DNA of 20,000 nucleotides from an uncultured virus (IMG/VR IMGVR_UViG_3300042290_000472) (IMGVR_UViG_3300042290_000472), one strand, 5' to 3'. Positions 1 through 8,097 are shown, numbered from the stretch's first letter. Notes: generated by a model not told the origin, from the letters alone. Translations and numbers: made by a program.

Positions 1-754
1 CGGACTCCGGGTTCTTGGCTTGGTAGTCGATCAAGCGCCCGGTCAGGTCCAGCTTGCCCCAGCGCGTCATCACAATGATGATCGCCCCGCCCGGCATCAG
101 TCGCTGGAGCGGGCCCGTCTGGAACCAAGACCACGCAGTGTCGAAAGCCAGCCGTGAGTTGGCCTTGACGTCCTGCTCCGAGTGAGGATCGTCAATAACG
201 AACAGATCAGCACCACGACCAGCAAGAGCGCCTCCTACGCCTGCGGCGTAGTATTGGCCCCCGGCTGAAGTGCTCCACTTGCCTGCCGCTTTCTGGTCAT
301 CGGCTACCAGCGTTCGGGGGAAAAGGCCATGGTAATCCTCGTCAGCGAGCAAATTTCGCACCCGTCGGCCGAAATCTTCCGACAAACCGGCTGTGTGGGT
401 GCCCATGATGATCTTCTTCTCGGGGAAATTACCCAAAAAGAAGGCCGGAAACAGGTAAGAGCTGAATTCGGACTTGCCCATACGCGGCGCGATGTTGATG
501 ATCACCCGTTTTTTGGTTCCGGCGATCACTTCCGAGAAGATTTTGGCCAGTTTTCTGTGGTGGGGGCCTATTTTGAAGCCCGGATACACCGCTTTGGCGA
601 ACTCGATCATGTCCGACCGGGACAAGTTCTTCTGCTTGTGGGCCTGCGCCTTGTCCAGCAGCTCCAACGCCTCCAGCTTCTCGGCCGCTGTCAGCTTGCC
701 AAGGTTTTTGAACAGCGCTTGCGCTTGCTCAGGCGTCAGTGTGGCTGTTGTCAT
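1..754 (-). CDS. terL: Phage terminase large subunit, N-terminal ATPase domain (partial, runs off the left edge)
   Basis: Manual translation of the minus strand from ATG 754: MTTATLTPEQAQALFKNLGK...KRVIINIAPRMGKSEFSSYLFPAFFLG...YAAGVGGALAGRGADLFVIDDPHSEQD...AIIIVMTRWGKLDLTGRL. Contains Walker A-like PRMGKS, Walker B VIDDP and coupling motif MTRW. Absent from the supplied ORF track because there is no stop codon in the window. Confidence 0.95.
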   Translation of the reverse strand, partial: MTTATLTPEQAQALFKNLGKLTAAEKLEALELLDKAQAHKQKNLSRSDMIEFAKAVYPGFKIGPHHRKLAKIFSEVIAGTKKRVIINIAPRMGKSEFSSYLFPAFFLGNFPEKKIIMGTHTAGLSEDFGRRVRNLLADEDYHGLFPRTLVADDQKAAGKWSTSAGGQYYAAGVGGALAGRGADLFVIDDPHSEQDVKANSRLAFDTAWSWFQTGPLQRLMPGGAIIIVMTRWGKLDLTGRLIDYQAKNPES

Positions 755-1337
755 CAGGCGTTGGGGGTGTGGTGGTGATTTCGACGATGTCCGTCACGTC
801 AGCGTCGGACACATCCATGAACTTGGCCAGCTTTTCCTTGAGGCGCTTGTCGATCTCGTCCTCGGTCATGTCCGTTTTCTTGACCTCGATCTTGTCGGTG
901 AACAGCCCCACCTCCGTGACCTTGCCCAGCAGGCCGAGCGCCTTCAAGCGGATGTTGGCGTTGGCGTTGTTGGTCTCCTCGACCAGCTTGGCCACCGTGT
1001 ATCCCCGAAGTTCCTTGGCCTGCTCGATGAACTCCCAGTCGTAGGCCGTCAGCATGCCCGTGATGTGGCGCACAGCTTCCGGCGTCTTGAGCTGGACCAG
1101 CGCAGCCTTCTGCTCGGTCGTGTCGGTGTTGGTGGTCAGGGCCTGAAACGCCTTGCGTGCGTCAGCCTTCTCAAGTTCGTCAATCACTTCGTCGTCCGGG
1201 GGCACGCCCAGCTCCTGCAACCAACTGGCCGTGGTTACCTGCGCGGCCAAGACTTCTCCCGGCTCGGCGTCGGCCAGTCTCGTCATGATCCCGGGCGGTG
1301 TTGGCTCCGGGTTGAATTGCACCAAGTGTTCAAACAT
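729..1337 (-). CDS. Putative terminase small subunit
   Basis: About 202 aa from ATG 1337 (MFEHLVQFNPEP), directly upstream of and overlapping terL by 26 bp. The C-terminal IRLKALGLLGKVTEVGLFTDKIEV resembles the 'ALELLGK.lGmF.dkve' TerS tail. The start codon is inferred. Confidence 0.7.
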   Translation of the reverse strand: MFEHLVQFNPEPTPPGIMTRLADAEPGEVLAAQVTTASWLQELGVPPDDEVIDELEKADARKAFQALTTNTDTTEQKAALVQLKTPEAVRHITGMLTAYDWEFIEQAKELRGYTVAKLVEETNNANANIRLKALGLLGKVTEVGLFTDKIEVKKTDMTEDEIDKRLKEKLAKFMDVSDADVTDIVEITTTPPTPDDNSHTDA

Positions 1338-1398
1338 ATTGCGTAGGCCGTGTAACCTCGTTGCGCGTAATGTACACCTATTTTCAAAACAAGTGGTG

Positions 1399-1414
1399 TG
1401 TCCAGAGTTTGACA
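1399..1414. promoter_or_regulatory. TGTC-N8-GACA dyad upstream of terS (operator candidate)
   Basis: TGTCCAGAGTTTGACA; its reverse complement matches 8069-8084 at 14 of 16 positions. Confidence 0.4.
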
Positions 1415-1672
1415 GAGGTTCCTTGGGATTTTTTAAAAATTGGGGTAAGCCGCATTTCGTGCGCAAGGGGTGGGCGGGATTTGTCTAAGTTTTTACAAAC
1501 TGCTGGGAGCGGGTGGGAAACAGTGTTCACGCGGACTAGCCTTGTCTGCCACACAAAGGCTTGGTGGGGGGTGGGTGGGGTCGCCACACCAGAGCCCAGC
1601 CCCCGAATACCCCCTACTTTCACCCCCATCCGTACAGTAGAGGTATCGGTTAGGGAATTAGCCCGAGTCGAT

Positions 1673-1695
1673 CTGGGGAGAACGGTTCTCCCCAG
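1673..1695. repeat. 23-bp palindrome, copy 1
   Basis: CTGGGGAGAAC-G-GTTCTCCCCAG, 25 nt upstream of the ATG at 1721. Confidence 0.97.
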
Positions 1696-1720
1696 TCATC
1701 AACCTTTAGGAGAATGCAAC

Positions 1721-2161
1721 ATGAGTAAAGCAACCAACCACGTTCAGGCGTTCATCGCCATGAACACAGTAGCCTTCAATGCCGCCGCTAAGGTGTTTAG
1801 TGCCATCGAGACCCAATCCGACAAGTGGGCAGAATCCCTTGCGGAAGCGGGCATCGTAGGTCCGGACATTAAGGTTTACGCAATCATGTGGGTGTCTAAG
1901 CAGTCGGGCATTGCGCCCAAGGACGGGCAACGCGGTCTGTGCTTCGAGAAAGACAGCAAGGAAGCTAACCGGGTTAAGTATCTGGTGGCTGTCGCCACTG
2001 GCGCAGCAGCAGAGAAGGCAGCGCGGCGCGGCGCGGCGCACACACCCGTTAAGGTCAACAAGGCTAAGGTGAGCGCAATCGTAGAGCTTTGCGCCGGTTT
2101 GACCAAAGCCGAAGTGGTGGCGCTGTTGGCCGCTGCACGTGATGCCATCACATTTGAGTGA
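1721..2161 (+). CDS. Hypothetical early protein (146 aa, Ala/Lys-rich)
   Basis: AGGAG RBS then ATG 1721 (MSKATNHVQAF); bracketed by palindrome copies 1 and 2. Confidence 0.8.
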   Translation: MSKATNHVQAFIAMNTVAFNAAAKVFSAIETQSDKWAESLAEAGIVGPDIKVYAIMWVSKQSGIAPKDGQRGLCFEKDSKEANRVKYLVAVATGAAAEKAARRGAAHTPVKVNKAKVSAIVELCAGLTKAEVVALLAAARDAITFE

Positions 2162-2166
2162 CCCGA

Positions 2167-2189
2167 CTGGGGAGAACGGTTCTCCCCAG
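2167..2189. repeat. 23-bp palindrome, copy 2
   Basis: Identical core, 5 nt after the stop at 2161, followed by TTTTT. Confidence 0.97.
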
Positions 2190-2258
2190 TTTTCCCTGCA
2201 ACGGTGTCAGCATGGTGCTGGCCCGTTGTTCCTTCCCATGTCAAACCCGGAGATTCTC

Positions 2259-2444
2259 ATGCCCGAACAACTTTTATTCACTGTCCTCGTCCTACTTGAC
2301 CGCCTGCTCGACCCTGATTGCGGCGAGATCGAACACTACGAAATCGACCAAGAAATCCAGCGCTTGCAACACTTCATGCACCCCACCGACAGCGGCTACT
2401 TCCAAGCCGTCCTCGACATTGCGGCCGTCGCCAACAGCTTCTAA
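2259..2444 (+). CDS. Small acidic hypothetical protein (61 aa)
   Basis: GGAGATTCTC-ATG start; MPEQLLFTVLVLLDRLLDPD... Confidence 0.7.
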   Translation: MPEQLLFTVLVLLDRLLDPDCGEIEHYEIDQEIQRLQHFMHPTDSGYFQAVLDIAAVANSF

Positions 2445-2454
2445 GGAGATTCTC

Positions 2455-2616
2455 ATGCAATTCACCATCATCGCCCGTGACTGCGGCATCGACCGCAACT
2501 ACCCATGCAACACATACGAGGAAGCCAACTTCCTGTTCAACGCCTTGAGTCTTGCGGCTCGCCACGTTGAGTGGTGGAAGGGCGCAACCCTCGTCACCCA
2601 ATACGTCAACAACTAA
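2455..2616 (+). CDS. Small hypothetical protein (53 aa)
   Basis: Same GGAGATTCTC-ATG start context as the preceding gene; MQFTIIARDCGIDRNY... Confidence 0.7.
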   Translation: MQFTIIARDCGIDRNYPCNTYEEANFLFNALSLAARHVEWWKGATLVTQYVNN

Positions 2617-2683
2617 GGAAACTCTCTCAGCCTTGCGTGCAGGGCTGAGGGGGCAATCCTGCCCGTTAACTGGAGTATCAACC

Positions 2684-2863
2684 ATGAGCAATCGCTACAC
2701 AATCAAGACCCTGAACCTCAACCAACTGCGCGAACTGCGAGGCGAGCTGCGCCGTGATGCCGAGGCCAGCGCACGTAAGCGCAAGATGGTCGAGCAGGCC
2801 CGCACACGTGACAACGCGTGGACTGAACTCAAAGGCACTACTCGCCCTCTGCGTATTAAGTAA
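2684..2863 (+). CDS. Small basic hypothetical protein (59 aa)
   Basis: GGAG RBS, ATG 2684; MSNRYTIKTLNLNQLRELRG... Confidence 0.7.
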   Translation: MSNRYTIKTLNLNQLRELRGELRRDAEASARKRKMVEQARTRDNAWTELKGTTRPLRIK

Positions 2864-2869
2864 AACAAA

Positions 2870-2892
2870 CTGGGGAGAACGGTTCTCCCCAG
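2870..2892. repeat. 23-bp palindrome, copy 3
   Basis: Identical core, 6 nt after the stop at 2863. Confidence 0.97.
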
Positions 2893-2924
2893 TAACACGT
2901 TGTGGAAAACCCCCTAAAAAGGCA

Positions 2925-3145
2925 TACCCACCACGTCCCAGCGTTTACACCCCCAGTGCAGCGCATCTGGGCGTCCGCCAAGCCAATGTTTATGCGGTGT
3001 CCAGCGTACACCCACCTAAGCACCTATATATAAATATAAGATTTTCTCTAGATATATATATATACGTGTGCAAGTGGGTATACTTTCGTGCGTTTGTTTG
3101 GTTTGGTTAAAGCTCTTCCAAAATGCTGGGTATCGTGGGCTGGAT
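2925..3145. other. Non-coding AT-rich core with flanking imperfect repeats (candidate replication origin)
   Basis: (TA)n-rich tract 3025-3064 in otherwise GC-rich sequence, with imperfect inverted repeats on both sides. Confidence 0.4.
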
Positions 3146-3256
3146 ACCAAAGAAATGGCGTAACCACGGGGCTTCAAGCCATCCCCACCACCACGTCATC
3201 GCCCGAGAATCAGGGGGTATAATGTCCACGGGTTACACACAATCATGGAGTTTCCA

Positions 3257-3985
3257 ATGGAACACAGCGACAATTTTCACCTTGCACCTGCCCGTGCGCA
3301 CGATGGCAAGGCCCTCAAAGCAGCGGCGTTCTGCCCTGACTGTCAGACGGTCAAGCCCTTGCCCGAGTTCAAACGCTACCTCACAGGCGGGGAGCTTGCG
3401 GCCCAAGGCTACACCTCTGGCGCAAAGGTCGAGATCGAGACGGCCAAGTGCCGATCATGCAGGCCCAAGCGCAAGCCTGTGCAGAAGCTGAACACCGCTG
3501 AGCTGAAGAACCGTGCGGCCAACGGGGACATCAAACCCTACGTGGCGCAGCAGATCATGCAGGAACGCAAGAAGCGGGGGCTTGCTGCGCAGCGTGCGGG
3601 GGCCATCAAGTCCTATCTGTCCAAGGTCAAGGCCAAGTGGACGCCCATCTTGGCCGGGTTCCAAGCCGAGGCTGTGCCCGTGCGCCACCAGCTCAAGTAC
3701 GAACGCGCCCGAAACCCGGACAGCCCGTTGATGGCCTTCCTCACCGCGTACCAAACGATGCTGCAAGAGACCGCATCCCTGCTCAAGTTCCATCACATAC
3801 GCTTGAAGCCTTCGATGCCCGAGAAGGACCGACCGGACTGGCAGCAGCACGTGCCCAAGCCCCAGCGTGCGAAGCTGGAGGCCCTATGGAACGCCGTACC
3901 CATTGAGAAGCGGGTGAAGGTGCGTATGCCTGCGCTGTTCACCTACCGCATAGCGGAAGACCGGGAACATTCATCAACCTGCTGA
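3257..3985 (+). CDS. Basic hypothetical protein with an N-terminal CxxC...CxxC zinc ribbon
   Basis: CPDCQTVKPLPEF...KCRSCR; GGAG before ATG 3257 (alternative start 3245); perfect TATAAT at 3218-3223 upstream. Confidence 0.75.
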   Translation: MEHSDNFHLAPARAHDGKALKAAAFCPDCQTVKPLPEFKRYLTGGELAAQGYTSGAKVEIETAKCRSCRPKRKPVQKLNTAELKNRAANGDIKPYVAQQIMQERKKRGLAAQRAGAIKSYLSKVKAKWTPILAGFQAEAVPVRHQLKYERARNPDSPLMAFLTAYQTMLQETASLLKFHHIRLKPSMPEKDRPDWQQHVPKPQRAKLEALWNAVPIEKRVKVRMPALFTYRIAEDREHSSTC

Positions 3986-3986
3986 A

Positions 3987-4009
3987 CTGGGGAGAACGGT
4001 TCTCCCCAG
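3987..4009. repeat. 23-bp palindrome, copy 4
   Basis: Identical core, 1 nt after the stop at 3985, followed by TTTTTCTTTCT. Confidence 0.97.
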
Positions 4010-4026
4010 TTTTTCTTTCTGAATCC

Positions 4027-4045
4027 GTGAGACACCCTGTCTCAC
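4027..4045. promoter_or_regulatory. GTGAGAC-N5-GTCTCAC dyad, copy 1
   Basis: GTGAGAC-ACCCT-GTCTCAC, intergenic. Confidence 0.75.
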
Positions 4046-4092
4046 AAACCGCCGCCAGTCGGCCACTGGCAAACAACCTATGGAGAAGCAAC

Positions 4093-4530
4093 ATGAACCT
4101 CAACGATATGCCCATCACAATGGACGAACCCCAACAGCCAGCCCACGCTGTGCACCACACGCTCATCGACGCGCTGCTCAGCCAGTTCACCGCGCACATC
4201 GACATGCTGGTGGAGACCAAGTTCCACGCCATGCTGGCCAACCGCAACGCGCTCAAGCTCATGGACGAGGAGATGCACAAACAGATCGAGGCCATGATCG
4301 AGAACCGCATGCTCGACCACGAGGGCAGCAGCGATCACTTGGACGAAGCAAACGTGGAGCAGCTCGCCGCTGACACCGCACGTGAGACGCTGAAAGAGTA
4401 CGCCAGCACGCAAGAGGGCTGGGTCACCAAGGACCAAGTGCAGGACATCATCACCGAGCAGATGGACGAAGAGCTCGACAACATTGACTGGGACGAGAAG
4501 GTCAAAGACGCTATCCGTAACCTGTTGTGA
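4093..4530 (+). CDS. Acidic helical hypothetical protein (145 aa)
   Basis: GGAGAAGCAAC-ATG start; D/E-rich C-terminal half. Confidence 0.8.
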   Translation: MNLNDMPITMDEPQQPAHAVHHTLIDALLSQFTAHIDMLVETKFHAMLANRNALKLMDEEMHKQIEAMIENRMLDHEGSSDHLDEANVEQLAADTARETLKEYASTQEGWVTKDQVQDIITEQMDEELDNIDWDEKVKDAIRNLL

Positions 4531-4540
4531 GGAGATGGCC

Positions 4541-4696
4541 ATGCACCACGAGCTGGACAAGACCATCGAGTCAATTGAAAAGATCATGCGCCTCATGTGG
4601 GACATGCTGCCTGAGAAAGATCAGGCGCTGCTCGCACATGCGTATGCCTTCGCGCTGATCCGGCGCATCGCCAACAAAGGAATGGAGAGATCATGA
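4541..4696 (+). CDS. Small hypothetical protein (51 aa)
   Basis: GAGGAG RBS; stop overlaps the next ATG (ATGA). Confidence 0.65.
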   Translation: MHHELDKTIESIEKIMRLMWDMLPEKDQALLAHAYAFALIRRIANKGMERS

Positions 4697-4830
4697 AACG
4701 ATACACCGGGCCAGCAAAGCCCATCCCCACAAACGTGAGACAGCCCGTCTCACGCTACATCACGTGCGCCATCTACGTGGCGTGCATTGTCGTCCTCTTG
4801 TTGGACTTGTTTTATTGGAGAGCAGGATGA
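4693..4830 (+). CDS. Small single-pass membrane protein (45 aa)
   Basis: Manual translation MKRYTGPAKPIPTNVRQPVSRYITCAIYVACIVVLLLDLFYWRAG; GGAG RBS; ATGA overlaps at both ends. Confidence 0.65.
   Translation: MKRYTGPAKPIPTNVRQPVSRYITCAIYVACIVVLLLDLFYWRAG
4735..4753. promoter_or_regulatory. GTGAGAC-N5-GTCTCAC dyad, copy 2 (inside a small ORF)
   Basis: GTGAGAC-AGCCC-GTCTCAC. Confidence 0.7.
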
Positions 4831-5138
4831 AAACATCTGAACTGACAAGACACGCCCTTGATTGGGCGGTGCATCAAGCACGGTTTGAAGGGGCTTGCCA
4901 TGACGAGCCGTTCCCCAGTTACTCAACCGACTGGAAACATGGTGGGCCGATCGTTGAGCGTGAGAAGTTGTTCGTGAAGCCTACCATCAGCAAAGGGTGG
5001 AGAAGCTATCAGCGTGATCCGTTCGGCAACGGCATCTGCCATTCACAGTACGGCCCCACACCCCTGATCGCCGCTATGCGGTGCTACGTTGCATCCAAGC
5101 TGGGTGACGACATCAACATTCCCGAGGAGTTGAAATGA
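4827..5138 (+). CDS. DUF2591 / NinX-like phage protein
   Basis: Motifs LDWAV, YSTDWKHGGPIVERE and GPTPLIAAMRCYVASKLGD are characteristic of this family. Confidence 0.8.
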   Translation: MKTSELTRHALDWAVHQARFEGACHDEPFPSYSTDWKHGGPIVEREKLFVKPTISKGWRSYQRDPFGNGICHSQYGPTPLIAAMRCYVASKLGDDINIPEELK

Positions 5139-5437
5139 AAAGACCTAGCTTGTGGGCACTGCCCGCGCACATGAAAGCCGCACAACCCATGGCGCTGCCG
5201 ACCAAGACCATCACGATGATTGACTACGACGCAGTGCGCGAGCACTTGCAGGCGCACGGCTTCATGGTGCTGCACGTACCGGTGGAGGAGCTGCGCACCA
5301 ACAAGTGTGGTGCGGACGAGGCCCCGGATATCAAGTGCATCATCAGCGCAGCGGCCATGCGCAAGTGGCCGAAGCTCAACACGTACCGCATCGACGCCAC
5401 GCGCTGGCTTATCAAACTACAAGGAGAAAGCAAATGA
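5135..5437 (+). CDS. Hypothetical protein (100 aa)
   Basis: GAGGAG RBS; ATGA coupling to both neighbours. Confidence 0.7.
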   Translation: MKRPSLWALPAHMKAAQPMALPTKTITMIDYDAVREHLQAHGFMVLHVPVEELRTNKCGADEAPDIKCIISAAAMRKWPKLNTYRIDATRWLIKLQGESK

Positions 5438-5625
5438 ACGAAGGACAAGAGCACGAATGGCACATCGAGCTGGACTACATGCTGGCAAAGGTGCGCCACG
5501 CTGTGCAGATTCTCAATGAGAGCAACTTAAAAACACTGAGTGACGGCTACGCCATCAAAGAACTGGAGCCTGTGTTGTTCAGGCTTCAGGAGTTGTGCAA
5601 TTTAACCAAAGGAGAAAGCAAATGA
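5434..5625 (+). CDS. Hypothetical protein (63 aa)
   Basis: AAGGAGAAAGCAA-ATG start. Confidence 0.7.
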   Translation: MNEGQEHEWHIELDYMLAKVRHAVQILNESNLKTLSDGYAIKELEPVLFRLQELCNLTKGESK

Positions 5626-5894
5626 GATTCAAGATTAGATTCGGTAACGCTGAGCTGTTGCTCACAGCAGAGCAGCTCGACGCCATGGTGGCCCTTGCTG
5701 AGCAGGCAGAGACCATCGAGGAGAACTACGTGGGCAGACAAAGCGGGTACGTAGGCCACGATAACAACTACGAGTTGCGCTTCGCGCTGTTCGATACGCA
5801 GCGCAGCGCCGCAGTGCAGGTCGTGTCAACCAAGGAGCTGGACAAGTGGCACACACTCAACGCATACCGTCAACAAAAGGAGAACGAGCAATGA
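5622..5894 (+). CDS. Hypothetical protein (90 aa)
   Basis: Same AAGGAGAAAGCAA-ATG start context; MRFKIRFGNAELLLTAEQL... Confidence 0.7.
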   Translation: MRFKIRFGNAELLLTAEQLDAMVALAEQAETIEENYVGRQSGYVGHDNNYELRFALFDTQRSAAVQVVSTKELDKWHTLNAYRQQKENEQ

Positions 5895-6058
5895 AAGCGT
5901 ACACAGTACACATCCAAGCAGTCGAGTTCTACACCATCGAGGTGCAGGCCGAAGACAAAGAGCAAGCCGAGGAAAAAGCATGGCGCTTGTTCCCACACCA
6001 CAGCGCCAACTACGGCGAGAACAACGTGACTGAAATTGAGGAGCACTCAAATGACTGA
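5891..6058 (+). CDS. Small acidic protein, DpnD/PcfM-like pattern
   Basis: MKAYTVHIQAVEFYTIEVQAEDKEQAEEKA matches the 'Y.V.I......veVeAes.eeA.ekA' pattern of small phage proteins. Confidence 0.6.
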   Translation: MKAYTVHIQAVEFYTIEVQAEDKEQAEEKAWRLFPHHSANYGENNVTEIEEHSND

Positions 6059-6737
6059 AGAAACCGAAACAGAACAGACCGAGTTCAGCTACCAAGAACT
6101 CAGCCAACGCGCCAAGGACAAGGCGTTGCAGTGGTTCAGCGAATCGCTGGACCACGAGTGGTGGGACGGTGTGTACGAGAACGCCAAAGCAGACGGGCCT
6201 GAACGTGGCTTCGAGATTGACGACATACGCTTCTCAGGCTTCTGGTCACAAGGTGATGGCGCATCGTGGACAGGCAGCGTGCGCATCAAAGAGTTCCTTG
6301 ACTACCACCTCAAGGAAGATCACCCCGACTTCGGCCGCTACTTCATACTGCAAGCCATCCTCAACGAGGGGTACGACTGGGTCGAGCGCTACACCAACGT
6401 CAACCGCAGTGGCTTCCACTACGTGCACGACAACATGATGCGCCTTGAGAGCATCAGCTACAGTAACCTCGAATGCCTCGACGAGGACGATGAAGAGCGC
6501 TTGCAAGAGGAAGGCCCGCTGCAACGTGCGAACATCTACCAACTGTACAAGGGCGCAGACATCGACCACCTGATCGACGACCTTGAGACGTGGATACTCG
6601 AAGAGGCGCAGGCCTACGCACGCCAGATATACGACGACCTTGAGTCCGAGCACGAGCACCTCACCAGTGAGGAGTCACTGATCGAAGCCGCCGAAGCCAA
6701 CGGCTGGATGTTCGACGAGGATGGAGCGCTTGTATGA
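6051..6737 (+). CDS. Highly acidic protein of the family commonly annotated 'antitoxin of toxin-antitoxin stability system' in mobile elements
   Basis: Motifs ELSQRAKDKALQW, FSGFWSQGDGASW and YDDLESEHEHLTSEE...EANGWMFDEDG; about 56 of 228 residues are D/E by manual count. Confidence 0.7.
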   Translation: MTEETETEQTEFSYQELSQRAKDKALQWFSESLDHEWWDGVYENAKADGPERGFEIDDIRFSGFWSQGDGASWTGSVRIKEFLDYHLKEDHPDFGRYFILQAILNEGYDWVERYTNVNRSGFHYVHDNMMRLESISYSNLECLDEDDEERLQEEGPLQRANIYQLYKGADIDHLIDDLETWILEEAQAYARQIYDDLESEHEHLTSEESLIEAAEANGWMFDEDGALV

Positions 6738-7009
6738 CACCGGACGAGTGGGTCTTGGTCGCGCCGACCATCTTGACGGTAGCGGGTCTGGAGTTCACTG
6801 TACACAACCACGGCGAACACATCATCGTGTACAACATAGACCGGCACGGCCGCAGGCACGAGTACCACCTGTGGCCCACCACAGGTACGTGGCGACACAA
6901 ACCCCCGGGAAACGAATGGGGTACTGGGACCAACCACACCCATATCAGGAAAAAGTTCGGCGGTGTGCGCGGTCTCGTGCGCTACATACAAGAAGTTCTT
7001 ACCGAGTAA
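6734..7009 (+). CDS. Hypothetical protein (91 aa)
   Basis: GGAG RBS, ATGA overlap with the upstream gene. Confidence 0.65.
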   Translation: MTPDEWVLVAPTILTVAGLEFTVHNHGEHIIVYNIDRHGRRHEYHLWPTTGTWRHKPPGNEWGTGTNHTHIRKKFGGVRGLVRYIQEVLTE

Positions 7010-7015
7010 TCAACC

Positions 7016-7034
7016 GTGAGACATGTCGTCTCAC
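7016..7034. promoter_or_regulatory. GTGAGAC-N5-GTCTCAC dyad, copy 3
   Basis: GTGAGAC-ATGTC-GTCTCAC, in the gap between the stop at 7009 and the RBS of the gene at 7056. Confidence 0.75.
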
Positions 7035-7055
7035 ACAACACTAGGAGAAGCAACC

Positions 7056-8021
7056 ATGTTTTCATCATCCATACACACGCTGCCCAACGTCACCACGTGG
7101 GAGTCAGCGCACAACACGTTCAACAACACGCCGCGCCCAAAAGGCCCACGCAGCACACAGAAGTGGAACGACAACCAACGCCCGCTCAAGGACAACCGCT
7201 CGTGGCACTACCGCATCGAGCGCATCAACGGGGGCGAGCACTACGACGTGTGCCTGCACCACACAGTGATGGCACGCTACTACAAACCAACAGCAGACGG
7301 GCGGCGCGTGCTGTACACCGGGCACCCCTCCAACATGAGCAAACAGTTCATGCGCCACGTGCTCAATGTGCGCCATCAAAACACGTGGATGACGACGGAC
7401 GGGCGCACTGTGGCAGTGCCTATCGCCAACAGAGACAGCATCCCAGACAAAGGCTCCTCGTTCAGCGCTGACCTGTGGCTGGTTAAGCATGAGGTGCTCT
7501 ACGGCCTGCGCCTCGACGTGGCCAAGTCATCGCACACAACACACTACGTCAAGCGCATGAGCCCCGACGACAGAGCCACGCACAAGCGGGCACGGGCCAA
7601 CATGGAGAACCTCATTACGCTGGCCTGCATGCGCATACCCGAATTTCTTGGGCGTGTGTATCTCGACTACGACTTGCTCGAACCGTTCCAAGGGGTTGAC
7701 GTAGGTTATGCCGAGCGTGCCGCGTTAGATTCGCTTGCATCAGGACAGTTCGCCGCACTCAAGCCGGAGTCACAAGAAAGGCACATCGCTGAGTTCATGC
7801 GACTGGCCGAGGATGTGTTCGACTACGAGGCGGTCAAGGTGGCGGAGCGATACCCCAACGACTCCATACTGGAACACGTTACAGAGAAGGTTCTGGCTGA
7901 CGCGTTGTGGAGAATAGCCAAGCGAGAGTGCAGCGTCCTCAAGCGCAAGTCCGACGCTATCCAACTGGCCCCGTTCATGGACGTGAAAGACTTCCCCAAC
8001 ACAGCCACGCCCTACCCCTGA
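7056..8021 (+). CDS. Hypothetical phage protein (321 aa)
   Basis: AGGAGAAGCAACC-ATG start; long ORF with no recognisable motif. Confidence 0.8.
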   Translation: MFSSSIHTLPNVTTWESAHNTFNNTPRPKGPRSTQKWNDNQRPLKDNRSWHYRIERINGGEHYDVCLHHTVMARYYKPTADGRRVLYTGHPSNMSKQFMRHVLNVRHQNTWMTTDGRTVAVPIANRDSIPDKGSSFSADLWLVKHEVLYGLRLDVAKSSHTTHYVKRMSPDDRATHKRARANMENLITLACMRIPEFLGRVYLDYDLLEPFQGVDVGYAERAALDSLASGQFAALKPESQERHIAEFMRLAEDVFDYEAVKVAERYPNDSILEHVTEKVLADALWRIAKRECSVLKRKSDAIQLAPFMDVKDFPNTATPYP

Positions 8022-8067
8022 CGTGTCAGGGAGAGAAGGAACATTCATCAATCTTTTTGCAAAGGAG

Positions 8068-8097
8068 TTGTCAAACAATGGACAAATGAGATACAAT
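8068..8097 (+). promoter_or_regulatory. Sigma70-type promoter for the AAA/vWA operon
   Basis: TTGTCA (8068-8073), 18-nt spacer, TACAAT (8092-8097), in an AT-rich intergenic gap. Confidence 0.65.

Noticed and set aside
329..1346. Long plus-strand ORFs 329-778 and 474-1346
   Set aside because: They are antisense shadows of terL and terS, which carry the recognisable motifs.
1361..1720. N-terminal extensions of ORF 1361-2161 (+) and ORF 729-1466 (-)
   Set aside because: They run through a low-complexity regulatory region. The strong RBS supports the start at 1721, and 1337 is the more plausible terS start.
4381..4388. Isolated CGTGAGAC half-site (also CGTCTCAC near 9108)
   Set aside because: No partner arm at the 5-nt spacing, and both lie inside coding sequence.
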